64,000 bases of DNA from Azolla caroliniana (lineage: Eukaryota > Plantae > Polypodiophyta), in contig JBHGNT010000002.1 in assembly GCA_043228905.1 (NCBI GenBank), positions 20,956,001 through 21,020,000 on the forward strand. The letters are read 5' to 3'. This document shows positions 40,001 to 53,278 of the stretch, in pieces. The notes beneath the pieces are model-generated. The model was given only the letters and a program-made list of their open reading frames with translations, had not been told where the DNA came from and ran no database searches. Positions within the stretch are counted from its first letter, which is position 1; every line of letters starts with the position of its first letter. The translations under genes were made by a program, and so were the position numbers.

Positions 40001-41165
40001 CTGCCCAAGCAATCAGTGCACTTCTCCAGCTGCACGTCCTTCACCGGAATGAGATTATCTTCGGCAAGTCTTCTAATCCCCTTCTGGCTCATATGACACA
40101 ATCTCTTGTGCCACAACTCACTGGTAGTGTCGGATGCAACGTTCACTTCTTCCCGGCATATTCGGGCATTCATCAAGTACATTGTGTTGACCTTCCGGGC
40201 TCAAGACAATATTAGGCTCCCTTTGCTGAATTTCATAACTCCAGTTCGGATGCTACCCATAGCCTTCATCATCTAGCCGACCGGCTAATATCAAGTTCAG
40301 TCGAACCCACGAAATGTGTCGGACATCGTTCAGCAGCAACTTGCATCCGGTTGATGTCGTCAACAACACATCTCCTAAGCTAGTAATTCGGCATGTACCT
40401 TCATTCCCCATCCAGACACAACCATGATCACCGGTTGTCTAGGATGAGAAGCATTTCCGATCCGGTGTCAGGTGGAACGATGCTCCGGAATCGACAACCC
40501 ACGTTGTCTCGTCGCCGACAAGGTTTAACTCATTGTCCTCGGTAATGAGCATCAGTTCCTCTTCACTTGTCGTGATCGCCAATGTTCCTGTCCAATCTGC
40601 GCCTCTCCGGTCCGAACTTTTCTTCGAATCGGTAGTGTCGGTTTCTTTCTCTTTCCGGTAATGCTGACAGTTCTTCTGGAAGTATCGTGGCTTCCCGCAA
40701 TAGAAGCATGTGGGCCTCCCCCTTCACTTTGAGCTTGTCCCCGATTTGTCATGGTTTTGGGGACTCCGATACCGACCTCTCCCCCGGTTGTGGTCATCTT
40801 CCTTGACCAAAACCTTTGGATCAATTCCGGATGTTCAATCCTTCTGGGGAGCTTCTTCATCTAGCAAGCTTAACTTTGCCCTTGCTAGGGACAATTGTTT
40901 TCCTTCCGGCCCGGCATTGCCCAACGTGACTACTAACGTCTCACAACTATCCGGGAGGGACTCAAGTAGGAGCAATGCAAGTACCTCATCGGCGAGAGGT
41001 ACTTCAAACGAGGTTGCTTGGTGTATTAGCCCCTGGAAGGCATTCATGTGCTTAGCCATACTGGAGTCGTCTTGGTACCGGAGCCTCACTAGCTTCCGGA
41101 ATACCGAAACTTGATTAACAACATTCTTGTTTTGGAACATGATGCCAATCTTCTCCCAGAGTTCA
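37053..41165 (-). mobile_element. 5'-truncated Ty1/copia element (family of 54950); 3' LTR 37053-37617
   Basis: LTR resembles that at 54950, with a PPT at 37620-37630. RH, RT, INT, PR and gag fragments are near-collinear with the 55629-59621 polyprotein. It breaks off in gag (HELWEKIG). Confidence 0.9.
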
Positions 41166-41614
41166 TGAGCCTTCCTACTAAAAAGCTTGACAGAAACAAC
41201 TTTACATCTAGGGAGTACAAGATGCACCAATACGTTGTTGGCCAACGCTATTGGAGTTATGTTGAAGGGGCAAACGAGAATCAACCCAACCCAACACATG
41301 TCGACTACCCAACTTGGGAGCAAGCAGCGAGTCGTTTGTTATACTGCCTTGCATCATTCGTCCATGATCACATGCTCAGCTACATCCGAGAGGCCAAAAT
41401 GCCGAAGGAGGCATGGGGGAACCTCAAGAAGATTTTTGCGGCGAACACAACCGCAAGAAAGCTTCAACTCCGTTAAGAGTTGAACAACATACAACAGAGG
41501 GACATGTCAATCGGCAACTACGCCTTAAAGATCAAGGAGCTGTGTGATGCCCTCGGGTTGATCAATGTTAGCATTGACGACACTGAAATGGTGCAGAATT
41601 GCCTCGGAGGTTTA

Positions 41615-42684
41615 GCACATCGATCCGGGGCCATCCGGCCGGCTATCCTCGCGAGGGAGAATCCACCCTTCTTCTTTGATCTCCAGTCGACATTGTTGGT
41701 TGAGGAGAATCATGTTAGAACAAGATGCAATGCGTAAGAAGAAAAAATGCTCTATTCAAACTTCGATGGAGGAAGAGGACAAGCTCGGTGAAGACGAGGC
41801 TGATTTGGACAAGGCCGACACAACCAAGAGCAAACTCGAGAACACAACTTTTATTACTAACAAGACATCTCGAACGCATGAGGTGGAGTGTCCAGAAGAA
41901 GGGGGAGTAATCAGGTCTGAGCTAGCACAAAACAATCTTGCTCAATGCAGATACTGTTGTAAATTCGGTTACTATGAGGTAGAGTGTCCGAAAAAGAAGA
42001 GCGAGTCAGCCTCCACAAGCCGACAACTCACAAATTATACCTCCAACTCTGACTACGACAATCGTGGGAGAATGTTTGTGATGAGCAGAGCACACTCAAT
42101 GATAGCGTCAAACCCGACCAACACCTCCAAATCAGAAGATGTATGGCACATCGATTCAGGGCCATCCGGTCGGCTACCCTCGTGAGGGAGAATCCACCCT
42201 TCTTCTTTGATCTCCAATCAATGTTGTTGGTCGAGGAGAATCATGTTCGAAAAAGATGCAATGCGTAAGAAGGCATAATGCTCTATTCAAACTTCGATGG
42301 AGGAAGAGGACAAGATCAGGGAAGACGAGGTTGATTTGGACAAGGCCGACACAACCAAGAGCAAACTCGAGAACATAACTTTTATTACTGACAAGACATC
42401 TCGAACGCGTGAGGCGGAGTGTCCGGAAGAAGGGGGAGTAATCAGGTCTGAGCCAGCCGACAAAACAATCTTGCTAAGTGCAAATACTATGGTAAATTCA
42501 GCCACTATGAGGTAGAGTGTCTGAAAAAGAAGAGTGAGTCAGCCTCCACAAGCCGACAACTCACAAACTATACCTCCAACTCCGACTACGACAATCATGG
42601 GAGAATGTTTGTGATGAGGCATAGAACGCACTCAATGATAGCCTCAAACCTGACCAACACCTCCAAAACAAAAGATGTATGGTT
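41615..42684 (+). repeat. ~531-bp tandem duplication of the gag C-terminus and zinc-knuckle region
   Basis: GCACATCGAT(C/T)C(G/A)GGGCCATCCGG occurs at 41615 and 42146. The paired ORFs 41676-42185 and 42297-42515 share MEEEDK..EDE.DLDKADTTKSKLEN. Confidence 0.9.
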
Positions 42685-45600
42685 TGTCTACTTGGGCGCA
42701 TCGAACCACATGACATCCCACGAGGATTGGTTCAAGGAGCTACGAAAGCCCGAACGACCCGACTATATGGAAACTGGGGATGACATGATTCACCCCATTC
42801 AGCATATCGGCAATGTCCCATTTGAGGAAGAAGGCAACCAAACATACATCAAGAATGTTCTACATGTTCCTACAATAACAAAGAACTTGGTTTCAGTTGG
42901 CCAGATAGTCAAACAAGGCATGCTAGTCCGCTTCAACGATGTAGGTTGCTTCATTGAAAAAGAAGGTGGGCTTATTGCTTGTGGCTGGAGACAAGGTCGG
43001 ATGTTCATCCTCGACTCTCATGAGATTAACTCGGCAATGTATGCCAAGGGCCAGAGAGCTGATGGTGACATAGAGCTGTGGCACAAGAGGATAGGCCACA
43101 TCATTCTCCAAAAGCTCAAGGGAATGCAATCGAAAGGAGTTGTCACCGGACTCTCGATTTTGACCGAAAAGGAAATCGTAGGCATATCCAAAACTTCTCA
43201 ATTCGGTGAACAACACCGACAACCGTTCCCAAAGGAGAGGAAGAAAAGCAAAGGGATCGTGGATGTAATACATTCAGATGTATGGGGACTAGTCCAGACG
43301 GCAACATTCGGTGGTTGCCGGTACTACGCAACGTTCATCAACGACTTCTCCAAACATACCTGGATCTACTGCATACGGCAGAAGAGCGAAGTGTTCGGAC
43401 ACTTCCAAAGGTTCCAAAACGAAGTCGAAAAGGCAACTGGTGGCATGTCCAATGCCTTCGATCGAATGGCGGCAAGGAGTACTTCTCCGATGCCTTTACA
43501 ACATACCTTCAACAAGAAGGAATTCGGTGGGAGTTTCGCTGCCGACACACAACTCAGCAGAACGGAGTGGCCGAACGCAAGAATCGGCACATACTCGAGG
43601 TGGCAAGGGCAATGATGAACGAGAAACATCGGCCAAAGTCATATTGGGCTGAATTGGAGAATATGGTCGTTTATCTGATGAATCATTGCACAACATCAAG
43701 AATGCACAAAGTTACCCCTTGAGAAAAGTTCTATGGGAAGAAACCAGATGTATATCATGTTAGGATATTCGGTTCAATTCCATATGTATGTATTCCCGAC
43801 GACTTGCGGTAGAAGCTCGATCTCAAGTCGAAGAAATGTATACACGTAGGGTACTCACTTGAGCAAAAAGGGTATAATTGCTTCAACCCTTCCACGAAGA
43901 AGGTACGAGTGAGTAGGGATGTAGTATTCGACAAGTCAACATCCTAGTATACACTCGAATCAGCCCCATCCAACACAATCGAAACCGAGTTCGACACAGA
44001 TGTGGAGAATGATGATCGATCGAGGTTTACATCAGAGGAAAGTCCAATCTCAACCAGGTTGAGTGGACCACAAGAGCCTCAAGGTGACCAAAGCACATCG
44101 CAACGGAGTCCAAAATAGGACAAAGGGAAGGCCAAAATGCTCGAGTACGAAGACTCAACTGGAAATGAATCGACTCACTTATTCGATAGTGAGCTTGGTA
44201 GATTGGATGTCCCCATCATAAGGACACTAGGAGTACCATGTCGATCCACCCGAGAAAAGAATGTAGTCAACTGATTCGGCTACAATGACTACATGGCATA
44301 TCATTTTGCATTCATGATGAAGGTGCCGACAGTCCGAGAACCGGAAAACTATTCCAAAGCCACGAAGGACCCTAGATGGGTCGAAGCAATGAATGAGGAG
44401 ACGCAAGCACTCTCCAAGAACGAGACATGAGATCTCGTCCCTTCTTCAAACCACCAAAAGGCAATTGGATGCCGGTGGATTTTCAAGGTAAAGCACAACA
44501 CCGATGGCACCGTCCATCGGTACAAGGCCTGACTTGTGGCAAAGGGGTACACGTAGACGTACGGTGCCGACTATGAAGAGACCTTTTCCCTGGTGCGAAA
44601 GATGACTACAATTCAAACCATCATCGCACTTGCAGCAACAAAAGGGTGGCACCTCCACCAAATGGACGTAAAGAACACATTTCTACAAGGCGAGTTAGAC
44701 GAAGAGTTGTACATGGTGCAACCACCCGGATTCGTGTCGACTACACATCTAACTACTGTTTGCCGACTCAAAAAGCCTCTCTATGGCCTAAAATATGCAC
44801 CAAGGGCATGACATTCGAAGATAACACAATATCTTCATCAACTCTCTGTTAATCCAGAGTGACTCCAGAGGACGGGTATTTATCATCATTTATGTGGATG
44901 ACTTGGTCATAGGAGAAGAGAATTTAGCGGATATTGAGCACGTCAAGAAGCTCCTGTCTAGCTGATTCATTACTTTCTAGGAAAAGAAGTAACTCGGACC
45001 CCATACGGCATCATGCTTTCTAAAAAGCACTATATCCTCAATCATCTTTACAAGTTTGGGATGATGCAGTGTAAGCCCGTCACTACTCCTCTCGATCCGA
45101 CGCAAGCACTAGAGAGAGTCAACCGACACACTAACGTCAACTAGTCGGAAGCCTCATCTACCTACCAATTACCTAGCCCGACCTCAGTTACCCGTTCGGC
45201 CTCCTTAGCCAGTTCATGCAAACTCCGCCAGACATCCATCTCTACTGTGCTAAGCGAGTGCTAAGGTATGTGAGTGGAACCATGGATTTCGGCATCCTTT
45301 ACAACTCGGCCACACCGATACAACTCAAAGGTTATACCACTGATCGACATCCGCATTTGTTTTTTCTCTTGGCAATGGTGCCATATTGTGGAGTAGTAAG
45401 AAACAACACCGAAGCCGAATACAGGGGCGTAGCCATAGCCAAAATTCATGACCGATCAACCATTGACCAACCGATCTTGAGGGGGAGTATAGAGTAGTAG
45501 GGTTATACCCTCCATTCGAAGCCAAAGGAAATCACCAATCCGAACTAACCATCCGAAGACCGAAAGTTGTGTTTGAAGGGGCGTGTTGAGAATCAAACTC

Positions 45601-46442
45601 AAGTTCTCGTGAGTGGGAACACACTCTAGGATACTCAAGTGTGTGAACACCCCACCGCCTTGTATAGTAACTAGTGTGTCATAGAAGTTAATGTCCTATG
45701 ACACATATTCTTTAAGTAGTTAAGACACGACCTCTTTCCCAAGAGGCGGTGTCGTGAAGAAAACCGTCCCTTAGCGCAAACGGTGCATAGCGCGTGTGAA
45801 CCGGCTCTTCACGCATGCGCGCCCCTTTAATGTATATAATAGGGAATTAGGTACATAGGCATATCCGGGGTAGTTAGATTCGGTACGTAGGAAGTAAATG
45901 AGGGAGACGGCTCCCTTCCTGAAGCTATAAAAGAGAGGGGGACACGGGGAGAAGGGATAGCGCATTGAGGAGGACGAAGTGTTGTCGGACCGTAACCAAA
46001 CGCTTCTCCTCTGTTTGTTCTCTATTGCTCTTCTCTGCAGGTTTTCGGGAGGCTCGCGCTGCTTTGAGGAACGCCCGTGTGCTTCCGGCAGCACCTCCAT
46101 CCTATCCCCTTTCGTGCGCAGACGAATAGGCATCGACATCTATTCGCCGGCCTGTTTGGTTGTAACCACTCGCGTGCTCTGTTGTTTTGCGTCATTTGTT
46201 AATATACAAACATTCGTGTCTCTCTGTCTCTGTGTCCGTTCGTGTTTTCTGCGTCGACGGGCCGTGCCCCTGTGTTTCTTTGCTCATACGTAACCGGTCG
46301 TCTCTCTCTTTCTCTTTCCCCTCCTATCACCTGCTCTTCGGTTCAAGACCCCGGTGGTCCCGCCTCTTTCCTCCACGCACGCGCGTAACAACGTGACATC
46401 TTTGGTGAACCCGACGTGAAACAGGCGGCAGAGGAGCAGAAG

Positions 46443-48553
46443 ATGAGGGGGTCGGATCTTGCAGAGGCCATGGCTTCGGCCGTGGACCGGATAGTCAGCG
46501 CGCGCGAGGGCACCGGCGCCCTTGACAGGGCTATTGAGGCGATCGTCGGTATGATCGGCCGGTTCAGTGGAAAGGATGCCACGAGTTATTTGGTGTCCTA
46601 ACGGACGGAGATGTTGATGAGGAATATTCCGGAAGAGAGGCGTCTTGCCGGATTCCCTCGAGTGGCGATGCCGGGCATCCATGCGGAGGTGCTCGAGGTC
46701 CGGGCAGAGAGCCGGACCTGGGAGGAGTTCGAAGGACGGCTCCTGGAGGAATACGAGCTGGATGACGCGCTTCGACTTTCGAAGCGGGGCTTCATGGAGT
46801 GGGTGGAGTCCCCCGACAAAGGAAGAAATGCGTCGGCCCTCCTCCGGGGGTTTGAGGATCGCTTTGCGCGCCTTTCGGCGCTCGATCGGACCGTTCTAGA
46901 CACAAGTCGTGTCCTACTGTTTGTCCAATCGGTTGACGCACGGGATCGGGAGCAAGTGGGCTCCTTACTGGAAACCGAAGACGGGCTGACGACCGACTGG
47001 GCCGCGGTAAAAAGAGTCTGCGGCCGTTTTGACAAACGGTGGGAGTGGGCTGATATAGGGGCGACCGGGGCGGGTCCTGTCGCAACAAGGAAGCTCGAAC
47101 CGATACCGCAGGCGCGACGGGAAGAGACCCGGGAGTGGCTCGAAACTGGTTTTTAGCTTCGACCGGCGTGGTCAGAGGCTCGTCTGGGGGGACAGCTTTG
47201 GAGGAGTTGACACGGGCGGTAAAGGATCTCCTGATCGCCCAGGCTCGGAGGGAAGGCGGCGATCAGGCTCGTGACTGACGGCCTCCGGCAGGAAATAGGT
47301 GTATGTGGTGCGACGAGGTCGGCCACATCCAGAAAGACTGCGGGGACTTTGCAGAGGCTTTGAGAAGCCGGGTAGTGTACCTATGGGAAGGTCGGGTGCA
47401 CGCCAGCGATACCCGGAGGGCCCTGAACCGAAACAACAGGCAAGGAGGAATGAAAAGGCTGATGGAAGAGGCGGCGGCCCGGCACGCGGAGACCGTCCAC
47501 TACTCAGCGTCAGCCGGCATTCGTGTCGGAGGCAGCGAGGCCCGGAAGGAGAGCAAAGCCGGGTTCTGGCCGACGGTGTTGGAAGGCCTCGCCGGTGCCC
47601 GACTAAAGAAAGACGAGGCGGACCGCGCGGAGAAGCGGGTCCAGGGGGTAACCGGGTGGAGTGACCCGGTCGAAGAAGCAGCTTGCCAAAACTACGAGGC
47701 TCTGGTTGAAGACAAACGGGTAGGTAATACCGGAGGGGCCGGACCCTCACAAAGATACGAAACCCGATTCGGGCCGAAACGGAACGAGGCCGGTGAGTCT
47801 AGTACCCGGGAAAACCACAAGAAGGGCGGATACCGTTTGGGCACGGAGATCGAAAGGAACACGGACCTACGAAAGGTCCTGGAAGAACGCATCCTCGACA
47901 GTAAGGTGGAACTGTCGTTGTGGGAGGTGCTCAGAATCTCCAAGAAGGAGTTCCACGACTCCATCATAGACTTGGTGAAGAGGAAGAGGCTGTCGACGGA
48001 GGCAGAACCGGAAAAGCCGGTGGAGGTGCGGATGGCGCACATAGAGGACATGGCGCTGGAAGACGAGTGGGCGGAGAGCCACTATTCGAGGCCACACTGG
48101 GCCCGAGTGACCACGGAAACCCCGGTGAAGATCAGAGATGTTCAGGAACCGGTGGTGGCGCTGTTGGACCACGGTTTGGAAATAAACCTGATGTCCATGG
48201 ACTTCTACAAGAAGGGGAAATGGCCGATCAACACCAAGCACGGGTGGAAGATACGGGCGGTGACGCGCCCCACCGAGGAACTACACGGGGCCTGCCCAAA
48301 CGTGCAAGTCAAGATCGGCGACATCGAGATAGACCAGCACTTCTTTGTGCAGGAGACGTCCTCGCACCTGGTCATACTGGGAGAACCGTATATTACGGCA
48401 GCGCGAATGGAGACCAAGGTGCTGGACAACGGGTCGGCTTACGCGAGGGTCAAGAGTCAGGATGGGCGTCACTCGGTCCAGTTCCTGACGGTGAGACCGA
48501 ACCACGAGCAAAACCGTGAGTCCCTCGGTGGCGAGAACCGAGAGGATTTTTAG
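46443..48553 (+). pseudogene. Gypsy gag-protease ORF (few stops or frameshifts)
   Basis: MRGSDLAEAM..., CCHC knuckle CMWCDEVGHIQKDC, aspartic protease LLDHGLEINLM...VILGEP. Ends at G GAT TTT TAG. Confidence 0.85.
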
Positions 48554-51500
48554 AGAGGGCTGTCAAGGCGTGGGGCCGCGACAGTCCGGACACTGAAAAC
48601 CCCACAAATGTACGATAGAGGCGAAACCGAAGAAACCTTGTACCATAAGTAGGAAGTTTTGTTTCTCCGACAACGGAGGGTGTATGATAGTCGGCGTCGT
48701 AGGCCGAGGAAAGACAAGGGCGGTAGAGCGACTTTGGGCGTGCGGAGTTCTCGGGCCCAACGAGGAAATCAACGGAGCCGTGGAGGCGGTCTACTTTGAT
48801 GATACCTTGGGAATACTGCGAGAGGTGGTCAGAGAGGGCCTTAAGGAGGACCGGACGATACCGGTTTGTTCGGAAGAGATGTACGAAGTCATCGCGGACT
48901 TCAGTCCAGGGCTCGAGTCAGATCGGGCGGCCCGGGTTAACACGAACTACAAGACTGTGGACCGGAAGGTAAGGCCTGTTGCGGCACCCTTACCGGAGGG
49001 CAGCGAGTTGCGAATCAAGGGGCTCGCTTCGGACCTCAGTTTACGAGATCCAGCTTGCATAGGACACGCCTTCACCGACAGAACGCTACGGGAGCTCAAA
49101 ATCGGTGGGGGCGGGTTCCTACTGCCGGCGGAAGAAGACCGGTTTGGGAGAATGCTCGGAAGGCTCGGGAAAGCCTTCGCATTCTCACCGGGAGAGATCG
49201 GGTGCGTCGACCCGACGGTCGTGAAGCCGATGGTGATCTTCACGGTACTGCATGTGCCGTGGAATCTCAAACCAATTCCGGTACCGAGAGCTCACATCCC
49301 GGAGCTGATGGAGCTGTTAAGGCAGAAAGTCGATATGGGCATCCTCGAACCGTCGAGTGCCCCGTACTCGAACCGGTGGTTTACAGTACCAAAGAAGAAC
49401 AGGATGTTGCGCTTCATTCAAGACCTGCAACCGGTCAACAGAGTGACCATTCGGAACGCGGGAATCGGACCAACGATAGACGAGTTCGCAGAGGCCTTCG
49501 CCGGAAGGTCGATCTACTCGGTCGGTGATCTGTACTCAGGGTACGATCAGTTCCAACTTGCCGTAGAGACCAGAGACATTACGACGATGCAGACTCCTCT
49601 CGGCCTAGTGCGGATGTGTACCCTGCCACAAGGAGGGACGAACTCGGTGGCCCACATGGTGAATGCGATGAACAAGGTGCTGAGGGATTGTATCTCGGAC
49701 ATCACCATGCCATTCTTGGACGACATCGCGATCAAGGGATGTCCGGTGGCAGAAAAGGACGAATTGATCGGACCGGACAGATGCCGGAAATTCATGGCGA
49801 CACACATTGACGACTGCGAGAGGGTGCTGCAGAGGCTAGAGGACGCGAGGCTCACCTTCTCCGGGGAAAAATCGACCTTCGGGCAATCAGAGATCATGGT
49901 TGTCGGACATCTATGCGGACCATATGGCCGGAAACCGTCTCCGGCTAAGGTGGAAGCCATCTCCGCAATGAAGCCCGACTGTAACTCGGTCACGGAGGTA
50001 CGGAGGTTCTTGGGAGCATGCGCGTTCTACCACATATGGATCCCGCATTACGCCCACGTTGCCGAACCGCTATACGGGTTGCTGAAAAAGGGGCGAAAAT
50101 TCGAGTGGTGAGACAAGCATACAAAGTCGGTCCGAAAGATGAAGGAGGCTCTTGCTGCAGCTCTGGCACTCTGGAAGGCTGTCTACGAGAAAGGCACTCC
50201 CGTCTACATAACGGTAGATACAAGTCCGACAGGGATCGGATGGGTTGTCAACCAAGAAGATGAGGACGACATTCGGTTCCCAATCCGGTTCGGTGCGAAG
50301 GTCCTCAGCGAGCGACACCGAGGATACGCCCAGGTTAAACGCAAACTCTGGGGTATCGTTTCGGCGGTGAAGGTCGATAAAGACTATCTGATCGGGACGG
50401 AGGTGATTATCGAGATGGACTGCCTGCCGTTTCTCGGCATGGTTTCCGGATGCGCAACCCCGGACCTGGCAATGCTCAGGTGGATAGTGTACATCAAGTC
50501 CCTGGATCCGAAAATACGACACATTTCCAGGAAAGACAATGCCATGGCCGACATGCTTTCGAGGGCGCGATTCGACGACGAGGGCGGCATGGTTTCGGAG
50601 GACGAGGAAGTCGGCGTGGACAACTTCGAGGCGGCTTACGTAGCAACCGAGGGGGGGAGCACTTCGGCGCTTAACGATTTTAACGAGAGCAAGTACAATG
50701 GGGAGTGGCTGCAGATTGGAGGATTCTTAAGGACGATGACGTCGGATGCGTCATGGACAAAGGACGAGGCCAACCGGATCCGGAAGAAAGCGTACCGATT
50801 CTTTCTCCGGGACGGATACTTGTGGAAGCACCCGAAAAAGAGAAACGGCATCCCGCTCCGAGTAGTGGCAATGAAGGAGGAACAGGAGGAGTTGCTGAAG
50901 GCCTACCACGACAGCCCCTGGGCTGGACACTGTGGGACATGGGCCACGTTCGAGAAACTAAAGGGGAAGTACTGGTGGCCGGAACTGTACCGGGACGTGC
51001 ATCGGTTCGTGACGACTTGTGAGAGTTGTCAGACACACTCCATAGTCCGACATCGGGACGAGCTTCACCCTACATACCCTCCGGCCATCCACTTCAAATG
51101 GATGGTAGATTTGGTGATGATGCCGATGGGCGTAGGGCAGATGCGATATCTGGTGTTGGTCCGGGAGGACCTGACGAACCAGGTGGAAGGCCGAGCCTTG
51201 TAGAACAAAACGACCACGGCCGTGTGTCGGTTCCTGATCGAGGACGTGATATGCTGGTACGGGTGTGTCGGGAAGATTGTGGCTGACCGCGGGGAGTTGG
51301 ACGCCGAAGAGGCCGAGGAGCTATTCGACCGGTTAGGGGTCAAACTCTCGCTCACCACAGCGTACAATCCGGAGGCGAACGGGAAGGTGGAGCGCGGGCA
51401 CGGACCGATCGTCAAAGCGCTAGTCCGGGCGTGCGAAGGCCAGGTCGGGAACTGGCCACGACTGTTACCCTATGCCTTGTGGGCGGACCGGGCAACGCAC

Positions 51501-52106
51501 AGTTCGGTAACCGGGTTCATGCCGTCAGAGCTCATGTTCGGACAGAAGCCGATCATGCCGATGGAACGGACGATCTCCTCTTGGGCGACAGTGGACTGGA
51601 GAGACGAGATGAACCGGGAAGAACTGCTAGCGGCGCGTATACGGCAGCTCGAGCGGACGCCAGAGGACGTGGAACGAGCGGCGCAGAGACTTCGGACGGC
51701 GAGGATGAGGAACAAAGCCCGGTTCGACCGAATGCACCGGCTCCCAGACTGGGTGCTAGTCTACGACAGCAGCCTTGACAACCAGCACCGGGCAACACGG
51801 AAGTTTGCAAAGCGGTGGTTCGGGCCTTACGCGGTAACGAGCGCCAACGACAACGGGACGTATCATCTGGTGGAACTCGACGGTACGAGGATGGCGATAC
51901 CGGTAGCAGGGAAGCGGATCAAAGCGTTCAAGAAGCGCAACGACAGCAAACCGGATCTAAGAGGCCTGGACAGCGACGACGAACAATCCGAAACGGAGGA
52001 CGAACCGATGGATGAAGAACCGGAACTCAGACCGGTTTTCTCCAACCAGAGCACTATTTTAGCGCATACCGGTGGATGCGTGGTTAGGTGGGGGCGGATG
52101 TCGTGA
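48550..52106 (+). pseudogene. Gypsy pol (RT-RNase H-integrase) with two in-frame stops
   Basis: RT motifs DLYSGYDQ, LPQG and FLDD. RNase H motifs VDTS, DCLP and NAMADMLSR. Integrase H..PWAGH...CESC, VDL, ADRG, YNPEANGKVER and GPY. Confidence 0.92.
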
Positions 52107-53015
52107 AGATAACCGTCCCTTAGCGCAAACGGTGCATAGCGCGCGTGAACCAGCTCTTCACGCATGCGCACCCCTTTAATGTATATAATAGGGAATTAGG
52201 TACATAGGCATATCCGGGGTAGTTAGATTCGGTACGTAGGAAGTAAATGAGGGAGACGGCTCCCTTCCTGAAGTTATAAAAGAGAGGGGGACACAGGGAG
52301 AAGGGATAGCGCATTGAGGAGGACGAAGTGTTGTCGGACCGTAACCGAACGCTTCTCCTCTATTTGTTCTCTATTGCTCTTCTCTGCAGGTTTTCGAGAG
52401 GCTCGCGCTGCTTAGAGGAACGCCCGTGTGCTTCCGGCAACACCTCCATCCTATCCCCTTTCGTGTGCAGACGAACAGGCATCGGCATCTGTTCGCCGGC
52501 CTGTTCGGTTGTAACCACTCGCGTGCTCTGTTGTTTTGTGTCATTTGTTAATATACAAACATTCGTGTCTCTCTGTCTCTATGTCCGTTCGTGTTTTCTG
52601 CGTCGACGGGCTGTGCCCCTGTGTTTCTTTGCTCATACGTAACCGATCGTCTCTCTCTTTCTCTTTCCCCTCCTATCACCTACTCTTCGGTTCAAGACCC
52701 CGGTGGTCTCGCCTCTTTCCTCCACGCACGCGCGTAACAACGTGACAGCGGTACTAGTGAGAGAACTTAGAGAGAAGGTGACTACATAAGCACCTTCTCC
52801 CTCTATTTGTAACTGTTGGTAATTCTTGCTTCCTTTGTAATACAGTTTTTCTTATTTTTTGTAATCGTGAGCTCCCTCTCTCCTTCTCTCTCTCTCTCGT
52901 TACACACATACACACAGTTCTTCCGCTGCACAGAATCCATCTGATTCTTTACACTCCGTGTCGGTGTCAACTTCCACTGCCTCCTTGTCTGTTTGGCCTT
53001 CAGTTGATCCTGCTC

Positions 53016-53278
53016 CAACTAATTGCATACTAAACTGTGTACTATGTTAGTACTAGCTCACTTAAATATAGGATGGAGTCTAGTACTACACCAATTGTAC
53101 ACCTAAAGGTCTACTGCGGTGTGTATTATGCCTATCCTAGCCCACCGAAATATAGAATGCATTCTAGTACTAAACAAATTATACAACTAATTGCATACTG
53201 AAGTGTGTACTATGTTAGTATTAGCTCACCTAAATATAGGATGGATTCTAGTACTACATTATTGTACACCGAAAGGTG
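53016..53278 (+). repeat. Imperfect tandem repeat, 168-bp period
   Basis: CAACTAATTGCATACT...GTACACC(T/G)AAAGGT occurs at 53016 and 53184. Confidence 0.85.

Larger units (their letters stand above)
45750..52747 (+). mobile_element. Near-complete Ty3/gypsy non-chromovirus element; 649-bp LTRs 45750-46398 and 52099-52747; 4-bp TSD GCGG
   Basis: TGTCG...GACA LTRs, tRNA-Trp-type PBS at 46403, PPT GGTGGGGGCGGA. Domain order is gag, PR, RT, RH, INT. No chromodomain is seen. Confidence 0.97.
41166..52953 (+). mobile_element. Ty1/copia element lacking its 5' LTR; 3' LTR 45584-52953 is split by the gypsy at 45750
   Basis: Gag SLPTKKLDRNNF, then ASNHM, IHSDVWG, LRSNGGKEY and YVDD. The LTR starts TGTTGAG after a purine tract and ends TTCTTTACA at 52953. 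Confidence 0.85.

Noticed and set aside
46284-52171. Many overlapping antisense and alternate-frame ORFs
   Set aside because: They are shadows of GC-rich gag-pol and contain no independent motifs.
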